Positions 26,733 to 35,133 of a stretch of DNA of 64,000 nt are shown piece after piece. The stretch lies in contig OZ251539.1 in the NCBI GenBank assembly GCA_965243135.1, positions 5,024,001 to 5,088,000 of the forward strand, read 5' to 3'. Below the pieces are notes generated by a model that saw only the letters and a program-made list of their open reading frames with translations, searched no databases and had not been told where the DNA came from. The DNA comes from Alphaproteobacteria bacterium (lineage in GTDB: Bacteria; Pseudomonadota; Alphaproteobacteria; MPNO01; UBA830). Position numbers and translations under genes: made by a program. How positions within the stretch are numbered: position 1 is the first letter of the stretch; each line of letters opens with the position of its first letter.

Positions 26733-28636
26733 GGTTCCGTTCCCTTGTCCTGAATGCGCCCAGCATATCGTTCGATATCCGACATGTCGCCATCATTGAC
26801 GAAAATATCATGCGCAGATGACATCAGCTCGCCGACCCTTCTTTCGACTTCCGCGTTCGATGTCTTGTCGAAGCCGACATCGCCGTCGCGCAGGTCGAAT
26901 CTCATGCGCCGCGTCTTTTCCGGCGCGTCAATGTACACATGAAAAAAGCGAACCCCGAACCGCTCGACCATAAAAGCGTTGTCGTCCGGAAACCGCAAGC
27001 CGTCGACAACGATCTTCTCGGCGGCGCCTGCCAGCTTGATCGTCTGTTCGTTCAACCAACGCTGACGCCCGGAGGCATTGATTTCCTCGCCGAGCGTCTG
27101 CCGATTGGATCGGGTAAGCGGACGATTTTCTGCCTTCAGCATGTCGTCCAGAACCAGACTGAACCGCGTATATGAGAATCCCTTGCGCTCCAGTATGCGT
27201 GCAAGGGTGGTTTTGCCGGCGGCGATAGGTCCGCTGACGCCGACCACTACAGCCGTTGGTTCCCTTTCGAGCCGCGGAATGATGAGGGGCGGTTCTTCTT
27301 CGGTTCCAAGCGCCTCCGACATGCCGGCCATATGAAACGTGCCGACGAGAGCCGACGTGATCGCGTCGAGTTCGTCATGGGTTACCTTCTGTGTTTCGAA
27401 AGCGCCGGTTATTCCGAATTCCCGCAACCCCGCTTTCAGCCACTCCTCTCCGGCGCCTTTGCGCGGAATGCGCATGATGTCCTGGGCAGCGCCGGGATAG
27501 CTTTCGATCACCGGTATGCCGCGTTCGCGGAACGTCCGCGCGAGCCGCATGCCCCTCGCCGTCAACTTCTGCATGCTTTGAATGAGACAGGGATAGACGT
27601 TCACCCCGCGTCGCTTGAGCACGCGTTCGGATTGGCGCATGATTCCAAATTCCGCCCGCCCCGGATCGTCGTCCTCCACCGAAATGCGTCCCGCGGGAAG
27701 ACACAGGGGAGAATCGATCGAGACGATGTGCGGAAGGGCGCGACTCGTCTTTTCGATCAGGTCTTCGTCCGAGGACACCAAGGCCACGCAGGCCTCGCGT
27801 CCGTGAAGCAGACACCAGCCGCTGGGTCGTTCCTCTGCGCCTGTAAGATCGATGCCGACGACCCGCAGATCCGCGAATGCGTCATCGAACAGATCTTTGA
27901 AGTGCGAACGCTTCGCGGTGAACGCGGCGGGCGGCGGCGACGCCTTTGGCAAATTTCTCCAGCCCGAAGGGGCCGACCAATCGACAAAGCATGTATTTTC
28001 AACGAACATATCCGATTGTCCGCCTATGCGGGACACGGCCTCGTCGAAAATCGCCCCCATTGCCGCGATGTCGATTCGATTGTAGTGAATCAGTTTATGT
28101 AATGCGTTCCGATCTCCACGAACGTATTTGTGCCACAACAAAACCGCTTCAGCCCCGTCCATTTCCGGCAGTTCGTCCCGCAAATCGACGCCGATCTCCT
28201 TTTCGATAGCTTTCTGGCCTCCTGTCAGACCAACTCGCCTGCAAAGATACATGAGATCGACATGCGTTTCCGGAAATACGACTTCTGGGTATTCCTTCTT
28301 GATGAATTTTGCGTCGAAGCGGATCCCGTTAAAGGTCACCAGCGCCTTTGCGCGGCTCGCATCTTCATGTAACGGGGTAGGATCTTGTCCTTTGATGATC
28401 GTCTTGGCGGTTCCTTCAAAAGACCATCCGATGACGGTAATTTCGTCGTAGTAATGGCTGAGGCCTGTCGTCTCTATATCCAAGAATAGAACGAGTTCTG
28501 GGAATGAAGCGCAAACGCCGAGCTGACGACGCAACTTCCGTGGGATCGTCTTCTTCCCTTTTCCGGTTTTGCGCTCCGTTATCGGGCTGCGTGAATCTCG
28601 GGGGTCTGCAATTGCGGTGCCGCTCATCCTCTTCAT
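26714..28636 (-). CDS. Fusion: RNase_H_2/DEDD 3'-5' exonuclease + DUF429 RNase H-fold nuclease + P-loop nucleotide kinase
   Basis: FLDIETTG / FNGIRFD / YNRID; VGIDL / SIDSPL / IESYP / DELDAI; GPIAAGKTT / VVDGLR / IDAP. Confidence 0.82.
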   Translation of the reverse strand: MKRMSGTAIADPRDSRSPITERKTGKGKKTIPRKLRRQLGVCASFPELVLFLDIETTGLSHYYDEITVIGWSFEGTAKTIIKGQDPTPLHEDASRAKALVTFNGIRFDAKFIKKEYPEVVFPETHVDLMYLCRRVGLTGGQKAIEKEIGVDLRDELPEMDGAEAVLLWHKYVRGDRNALHKLIHYNRIDIAAMGAIFDEAVSRIGGQSDMFVENTCFVDWSAPSGWRNLPKASPPPAAFTAKRSHFKDLFDDAFADLRVVGIDLTGAEERPSGWCLLHGREACVALVSSDEDLIEKTSRALPHIVSIDSPLCLPAGRISVEDDDPGRAEFGIMRQSERVLKRRGVNVYPCLIQSMQKLTARGMRLARTFRERGIPVIESYPGAAQDIMRIPRKGAGEEWLKAGLREFGITGAFETQKVTHDELDAITSALVGTFHMAGMSEALGTEEEPPLIIPRLEREPTAVVVGVSGPIAAGKTTLARILERKGFSYTRFSLVLDDMLKAENRPLTRSNRQTLGEEINASGRQRWLNEQTIKLAGAAEKIVVDGLRFPDDNAFMVERFGVRFFHVYIDAPEKTRRMRFDLRDGDVGFDKTSNAEVERRVGELMSSAHDIFVNDGDMSDIERYAGRIQDKGTEPCLFRS

Positions 28637-28989
28637 GCCGTCACCTTCCGAGCGATCCGTGCGCCTGACGGCTTCCGTTCACCGATTTCCTCATTCGCAT
28701 GCCAAGTCTGCTGACAAATCCAGACTCGCCGGAAGATTCCGCCTTGTGCCGACGAACGTCATCAGGCCGCCGACTCGATGCTCCGCCTCGCCCCGGTTGT
28801 CCAGCATGTCATTATTAGCCTTCGCCGTTCCGATGCAAACCGTTTCCGGCCGTTTCCCCTCGGTATCTTGATCCGGGGAACGCCTCGGTCGCCCAGCCTC
28901 TTGCTTCCAGTCTACCAACTGTCGAGAATGACGGGTATGCTTGAACTTGTAAAACGGTATCCACAGCCAGCTTTGAGGAACGACCTACA

Positions 28990-31900
28990 TTGACGCAGCT
29001 TGCTCAGACATGGACGCAAGGAACATCTCCCCTGCCGACGTCGGGGAACCGGGACGCGCTGGAAGTTCACAGGGAACGTTGGCTGGAAGCGGGCCAGCGC
29101 CGCGACGATGCGTTCGCTCAGGACGCTTTGGAGGCGGCGGGCGAGCTGCTCGACGCTGTATTCGGCAACAGCCCGTATCTCAGCCATAGCCTGATCACCG
29201 ATCTTCCGTTCGCTCGGCTGTTGATCGAGAGCGGCCCGGACGCCGCCTATGAGGCGGCCCTTGGCGCGGTGCGCGACGGTGGCGATCCGGGAAACGAATC
29301 CGGGCGGGACTTGATGAAGCGCCTCCGGGTCGCCAAGCGTCAAGCCGCTCTTGCGATCGGTATGGCCGACATCGCTTCGGTCTGGCCGCTGGAACGGGTG
29401 ACCGGAGCGTTGGCGGACTTCGCGTCTGCGGCCCTGAGCGCGAGTTGCCGCCATCTGCTGCGCGAATTGCATAGAAGAGGCCGCTTCGCCCTGCCCGATC
29501 CCGACGACCCGGAAAAGGAGTCCGGCCTGATCGTCCTCGGCATGGGCAAGTTGGGCGCGCGCGAACTCAACTATTCCAGCGATATCGACCTGATCCTGCT
29601 CTTCGACCCGGAGACGACCCCGTATACGGGAGACGGCGATCTGCAGCAGACGTTCACGCGGCTTGCCCGCAACCTGGTGTCCCTGATGGACGAACGCACG
29701 GCGGACGGATACGTGTTCCGCACCGACCTCCGGCTCCGGCCCGATCCGGGGTCGACTGCGCCCGCGATCTCGACCCATGCGGCCGAAATGTATTACGAGA
29801 GCGCCGGGCAGAACTGGGAGCGCGCCGCCATGATCAAGGCGCGCCCGGTCGCCGGCGACGTCCCGCGGGGCGAGGCGTTTCTCGAAGTGCTTCAGCCGTT
29901 CATGTGGCGACGGCATCTCGATTTCGCCGCCATTCAGGACATCCAGTCGATCAAGCGGCAGATCAACGCGCACCGGGGCGGCGGCCAGATCGCCATCGAA
30001 GGACACAACGTCAAGCTGGGACGAGGCGGCATCCGCGAAATCGAGTTTTTCGCGCAGACGCAGCAACTGATCTGGGGCGGCCGCGACAGAGCGCTGCGAA
30101 CGAGAGGAACTCTGGAGGCGATCGACAAGCTCGTCGCCGCCGGGCACGTGGCGCGGTCGACCGCGAACGAGCTGGCGGCGGCCTACGACTTCCACCGCAG
30201 GCTCGAGCACAGGCTGCAGATGATCGACGACCGCCAGACCCACAGCCTGCCGGAGGACGAAACCGAACTGGCGGGCGTCGCGGCGTTTTCGGGGTTCGAC
30301 TCTACACAGGCCTTTCGCGACGCGGTTCTCGAACAGCTCAGGACCGTTGAGCGGCACTACGCGGCATTGTTCGAAGACGAGCCGGATCTGTCAGGGCCGG
30401 GCAATCTGGTTTTCACCGGCGGCGAGCACGATCCGGATACACTGACGACCCTCTCGGAAATGGGCTACGCCGAACCCGAACGGGTTTCGACGATGATACG
30501 AGCCTGGCATACCGGCCGGTATCGCGCCATGCAAAACACCCGTGCGCGGGAAATGCTGACCGAGCTCACTCCGGCGATCCTGGAGGCGTTCTCCGACTCG
30601 CCCGATCCCGATTCGGCGCTGCTGCGGCTCGACCGGCTCCTCTTGCGCTTGCCCGCCGGAATCCAGCTTTTTTCGCTTTTCACGGCCCATCCGGGGCTGT
30701 TCGAACTCGTCGCGGAGATCATGGGATCCGCTCCCCGTCTGGCCAACACTCTGAGCCGCCATCCGGCATTGCTCGACAGCGTATTGAGCCGCAATTTCAC
30801 CGACCTGCAAATTCCCGATGCCGAAGAACTGGGAGAAGAACTCGCGGACGCCGCTCGCCGAGGACTGATTCGGCTGTTTTACTCTCGGGAATACGGCATC
30901 GAGGAGATGAAGGCCGAGCTTTCGAACGCAGCCCGCGACGCCCGGGACTTCCAGGACTTCCTCGAAATCGAAAGGCGCTGGGCGAGCGACAGAATATTCC
31001 AGATCGGCGTGCACATGCTCAGGGGCCTCTTCTCGCCGACGGAAGCGGGGCGCCCGCTCTCGGATATCGCCGACGTCTGCCTCGGCGCTCTTCTGCCCGT
31101 CATCGAAAACGAGTTCGCGGCGACCTACGGACGCGTGCTAGGCGGCAAGGTCGCGCTCGTCGCCTTCGGCAAGCTGGGCAGCCGTGAAATGACGGTGAGT
31201 TCCGACCTGGACCTCATGTTCGTATACGATCACGATGCCGAAGCCACTGGCTCGGACGGAAAAAAATCCCTTTCTCCCGGCCAATATTACGCGCAGCTGT
31301 GCCGTCGCTTCATCGGCGCGGTTACCGCGCAGACGGCGGACGGCAAGCTGTACGAGGTGGACATGCGTCTCCGCCCGACCGGCAATGCCGGCCCCATCGC
31401 CACGTCGTTCGAAGCCTTCGAGAAATACCAGCGTTCGGAAGCATGGACCTGGGAACATCAGGCCCTGACCCGGGCGCGCGTGGTCTACGCCGAGAGCGAC
31501 CTCGAAGAGCGGATCGACGCCATGACCAGATCCGTTCTGGCGCTCCCCCGAAACCGCGAAGAGCTTGCGGGCGAGGTCGCCGGAATGCGCGAACGCATCC
31601 AGCGGGAACATGGCACCGACGACATCTGGTCGACCAAGCACGTTCGAGGCGGGCTTGTGGACGCCGAGTTCATCGCCCAATTCCTGCAGCTGACGCATGC
31701 GGCGGAGATTCCCGAAATTCTCGCAGGCGATCCCATCTCCGTGTTCGAAATCGCGCGGAAGCGCGAACTGATGGATGCCGAAACGGCGCGCAAGCTTACG
31801 GACGCCGTAACCCTCTGGCGCAATCTCCAGGGCATCCTGCGCCTGACGGTGGAAGGCGACTTCGTCGAAGAGAAGGCGCCGCATGGCCTGAAGAGGGTCG

Positions 31901-32046
31901 TCATGCGGTCTTGCGGCGTCAAGGAATTCGATCAGCTGAAACAGATGGCCCAACAGGCGGCAAAGGACACCGCTGCGCAGTTCGAGGCGCTGATCGGAAC
32001 CCCCGACGATTCCCCGGGCGACGCCGCTTCCGCGAACGGCGCATAA
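28990..32046 (+). CDS. glnE: Bifunctional glutamine synthetase adenylyltransferase/removing enzyme
   Basis: Two NTase halves (GMGKLGARELNYSSDIDL; FGKLGSREMTVSSDLDL), DLRLRP, WERAAMIKAR and GGIREIEF. Confidence 0.95.
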   Translation: MTQLAQTWTQGTSPLPTSGNRDALEVHRERWLEAGQRRDDAFAQDALEAAGELLDAVFGNSPYLSHSLITDLPFARLLIESGPDAAYEAALGAVRDGGDPGNESGRDLMKRLRVAKRQAALAIGMADIASVWPLERVTGALADFASAALSASCRHLLRELHRRGRFALPDPDDPEKESGLIVLGMGKLGARELNYSSDIDLILLFDPETTPYTGDGDLQQTFTRLARNLVSLMDERTADGYVFRTDLRLRPDPGSTAPAISTHAAEMYYESAGQNWERAAMIKARPVAGDVPRGEAFLEVLQPFMWRRHLDFAAIQDIQSIKRQINAHRGGGQIAIEGHNVKLGRGGIREIEFFAQTQQLIWGGRDRALRTRGTLEAIDKLVAAGHVARSTANELAAAYDFHRRLEHRLQMIDDRQTHSLPEDETELAGVAAFSGFDSTQAFRDAVLEQLRTVERHYAALFEDEPDLSGPGNLVFTGGEHDPDTLTTLSEMGYAEPERVSTMIRAWHTGRYRAMQNTRAREMLTELTPAILEAFSDSPDPDSALLRLDRLLLRLPAGIQLFSLFTAHPGLFELVAEIMGSAPRLANTLSRHPALLDSVLSRNFTDLQIPDAEELGEELADAARRGLIRLFYSREYGIEEMKAELSNAARDARDFQDFLEIERRWASDRIFQIGVHMLRGLFSPTEAGRPLSDIADVCLGALLPVIENEFAATYGRVLGGKVALVAFGKLGSREMTVSSDLDLMFVYDHDAEATGSDGKKSLSPGQYYAQLCRRFIGAVTAQTADGKLYEVDMRLRPTGNAGPIATSFEAFEKYQRSEAWTWEHQALTRARVVYAESDLEERIDAMTRSVLALPRNREELAGEVAGMRERIQREHGTDDIWSTKHVRGGLVDAEFIAQFLQLTHAAEIPEILAGDPISVFEIARKRELMDAETARKLTDAVTLWRNLQGILRLTVEGDFVEEKAPHGLKRVVMRSCGVKEFDQLKQMAQQAAKDTAAQFEALIGTPDDSPGDAASANGA

Positions 32047-32499
32047 TCGCGGCCTCCCGGAATGCGTCGGGCTCCTCGGTGCAACGCAAGCGCCCTTCGG
32101 GGAGTCGCCGTGCGAAGAAGTCGGCTTGAGTCGGCGCCGACGCCTCCACCTAGGTCCGCGTGGCTTCTGCGGCGAAATTAGGGCATCCAAGGTTTCGAAA
32201 AGGGATGATTTGCGCGTTGCGATATGCCATAGTCGCGTCGCTGCGACGTTAAAGAATGGAGCAGGACGGACCTTTGACAGCCGTTTCGAAGGGTGCGCGC
32301 CGCAGTCCGCGGGACGGAATGCCTGTCCCTTGGCGAGCAACGGCATTTTCCGGAGGAGAGGAATGAGCTTTCCCGCCTCGCGCCATTCCGCGCCTTCGTC
32401 GAAAGAACGGGCTGGAGCCGCCGCGCCCGTCTTCGCGATCCGCCTTGCCGGTCGGAAACCGCGATCGAACCGCCGTTCGGCTTGCGAAGAGGCCGGCCT

Positions 32500-32922
32500 A
32501 TGAGCGGAAATCTCTCCCTGCGGGTTCGGACGGAGATCGAGGAACTGCGCCGGATCGACGAGGCGGTGGAAAAATTCGGAGCGGGGGAAGACTGGCCTCC
32601 CAATCTGCTTTTTCAGGTCAAGCTCGCCCTCGAGGAGTTGGCGATCAACGTCATGAACCACGGGCACGACGACGACGGCGAGCACGAGATGGAAATCACG
32701 CTGACTTCGGAGACGGACAAGCTGACCATCGAGTTGAGCGACGACGGCCGCGCCTTCAATCCGCTGGACGACGCTCCCGAGCCGGATCTCGATGCGGCGC
32801 TCGAAGACCGCCCTATCGGCGGGTTGGGCGTTCACATGGTGCGCACCTTCATGGACGAGATGAGCTACCGGCGCGACGAAGGCAAAAATCATCTGACGCT
32901 GATCAAGCGACGGGACGGCTGA
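32500..32922 (+). CDS. Anti-sigma factor RsbW-like ATP-binding protein (HATPase_c_2)
   Basis: LALEELAINVMNHG, SDDGRAFNP and RPIGGLGVHMV motifs. Confidence 0.88.
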   Translation: MSGNLSLRVRTEIEELRRIDEAVEKFGAGEDWPPNLLFQVKLALEELAINVMNHGHDDDGEHEMEITLTSETDKLTIELSDDGRAFNPLDDAPEPDLDAALEDRPIGGLGVHMVRTFMDEMSYRRDEGKNHLTLIKRRDG

Positions 32923-33086
32923 AAAACCCGGTCCGGCGCGACAGCCCGACTTTGGCGAACGCCGGAGCCTTGCACGGGGAGCCTCTCGTGGACACGCGTC
33001 GCCTCGGACGCGGGAAGGCGAATTGAAACCCGGGCGCCGCCGGGCTACGCTCGACCGCGTTCGAACATCCGGAAAAGGAGAATGAA

Positions 33087-33536
33087 ATGACCAAGCGGTA
33101 CCTGGGGGCGGTGCTGGCGACGCTGCTGATTTCCCTGCCGGCATCCGTACAGGCCCATTGCCAAATTCCGTGCGGCATCTACGACGACAACGCCCGGGTC
33201 GCGTCGATGCTCGAAGACGTCGCGACGATCCAGAAGGCCGTTTCGCAGATCGCGAACCTCGCCGGCAAGACCGATGCGCAATCGCAGAACCAGCTCGTCA
33301 GATGGGTCGTGAACAAGGAGCAGCATGCCCAGCGGATCATCGCCACGATCAGCGACTACTTCTTGACCCAAAGGGTCAAGGCGTCGCAGGCGGACTATGC
33401 CGAGCGCCTCCGGAAGCACCATGCGGTGATCGTCGCCGCCATGCGCGCGAAACAGAACGCGGGCGCGAAAATGGTGGCGGAATTGAAAACCGCCGTCCAG
33501 GCGCTCGAGCCGTACTACCCCGGACACAAACATTAG
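33087..33536 (+). CDS. sodN: Nickel superoxide dismutase
   Basis: Ni-hook HCQIPCGIYD right after a signal peptide ending in VQA; AGGAG RBS. Confidence 0.92.
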   Translation: MTKRYLGAVLATLLISLPASVQAHCQIPCGIYDDNARVASMLEDVATIQKAVSQIANLAGKTDAQSQNQLVRWVVNKEQHAQRIIATISDYFLTQRVKASQADYAERLRKHHAVIVAAMRAKQNAGAKMVAELKTAVQALEPYYPGHKH

Positions 33537-33721
33537 GAGCCGCGCCTCCTCGCTGCCTTCTGCAATTTCGAGCCTCCGGCGTCGTATGCAAAATCGTTCT
33601 TGCAAACGACGCCGGAGCGCCGCAGGCAGCGGGCGATCATCCTCGAAAAACAGAGGCTTTGAGTGACTTTTTCGCCGCAACGGACGGAGCCTGAGCCGTC
33701 CTCCCCGACGCCAAGCTCCCC

Positions 33722-34117
33722 ATGAAGGACTTGCGCCCGCCGCTTCGAGGCGGCCTGCCCGCATTCCAGACAATTGGTGACGAAGGGACCGCTTCTCTCG
33801 TTGAAGCAACAGATGTTGTGGAAATTCACGAAAACTGGATCGAAATGAGAAAATTCGAGTTCGACGACAACCTATATATTGCCGACCCTCCATTGCATTT
33901 TCGGGTGAAATTTGATTTGGAAAGTAAACTGTACGATCTTCGAGGCGAATTCGGAATTATTTTGGGTTCTCGGTCGCGGATTGAATTAATGAAGGACTTG
34001 AACGATACGCTTCGCGTGCTGTGGAATGAATATGCCAAGGAAAACCCTGAAAGATTGTCCGGAGATGCTCGGGATTTGCGAGACGAAATAAATAATAGAT
34101 TTCGAAAATGGTCTTGA
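33722..34117 (+). CDS. Hypothetical protein, possible HicB-like antitoxin (start uncertain)
   Basis: AT-rich ORF ending ...LRVLWNEYAKENPERLSGDA; overlaps the start of the downstream toxin-like frame. Confidence 0.45.
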   Translation: MKDLRPPLRGGLPAFQTIGDEGTASLVEATDVVEIHENWIEMRKFEFDDNLYIADPPLHFRVKFDLESKLYDLRGEFGIILGSRSRIELMKDLNDTLRVLWNEYAKENPERLSGDARDLRDEINNRFRKWS

Positions 34118-35080
34118 AACGTAGAATGGTTCAATCTTCAATCACCGATTGAACGAAAAGAATTTGTAAAGGAAGACGACGGACACAAATACTTCATACA
34201 CAATAAATTTGACGAGATAATTACGTCGGCACGAACCATGATATCTCAGTGTGCCGTGGCAAGGCGCTTTCGTGGGTGCGAATCCCACCCAACAACTGTC
34301 GTTCCGGTCAGCTAGGGCGGTTTACGGAGGTAACGATGTAGATTGAAGCACTCTGGAAAAAAGGGCGGCGAAGGCCGCCCAGTGAACATGCGGGCCGAAA
34401 CGAGCAGTGAACCAGGCCTCGAAACGGGTAATGTGGGAGCTGACCCTCCTGAGATTAGGGGAATGACGGTCGGGAAGAGAACGACGGAAGCACCGACCGT
34501 TTCCGCCGGGGTAGTGATGTCGGCACGCATGGAAGATGAAGGAAGCAGCAACACAGGAAACTCTGCCGGTGACGCGCACGAGTCAACCGGAACCCCGCGA
34601 GGGGCAGGCCGGGCCGGCGGGGTGGCGGAGAGGCCCGTAGTGTAAGGCCGGCGGAGGAAAAGGGCGCGAGGAAGGGCACCGCAGGGGAGAAGGGGCTATG
34701 CCTAACAACCGACTACATGTCAGAGATCCCGGAAGCGCCGCAAGCGAAGAAACCCGGTCGAGAGGCCGGGGCCGTCGAGGCGTAAACAAGCTTGGCGACG
34801 GAAAGCGGGAACAGGCGTAAATGGGAGACGGTGCGACTCCCGGGTCTGGAAGACCGGCCGTTCCGGGAACGCTGCCAATTCATCCGTGGGCGAGACGCAT
34901 GGCTGGAGGCGCGGGAAACCCGCACGTCCGGTTCGGAGAGCGGGGACTGGAAACGTGGCCACGGAAGCCGGACTGAGGCCCGGAGCGAAAACGACGGAAC
35001 CCGGACCCTAACGCTAACGCGCTAGTCCTCGACTCTACCGGAAGAGGGAACGCAGATATCGGTGATGGTCGGATGGTAAT
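34108..35080 (+). pseudogene. HicA-like small toxin gene, frameshifted and split by a group II intron (3' end uncertain)
   Basis: MVLKRRMVQSS / IERKEFVKEDDGHKYFIH...TSARTMIS then HGRGNADIGDG after intron removal (CA+C gives a His codon). Confidence 0.55.
34249..35038 (+). mobile_element. ORF-less (IEP-deleted) group II intron, 790 nt
   Basis: 5' GTGTGCC; domain V-like GGCTGGA..GCGGGAAACCCGCACGTCCGGTTC (about 34900-34934); 3' CTCGACTCTAC. EBS1 TGAGAT (34450-34455, in a CCCT/AGGG hairpin loop) is complementary to the exon end ATCTCA (34243-34248). Confidence 0.88.
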
Positions 35081-35133
35081 ATTGGAACCAGAAAGATATT
35101 TGAATGCAAAAATAGACGAGGATTTAGATTTGC

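Noticed and set aside
24637-28636. Prophage-borne Z-genome cluster
   Set aside because: No integrase, structural genes, DNA polymerase, datZ or mazZ nearby.
28691-28918. Small ORF upstream of the PurZ-like operon as a fourth component
   Set aside because: 75 aa, not coupled to the operon and with no recognisable motif; it may be a fragment and cannot be supported.
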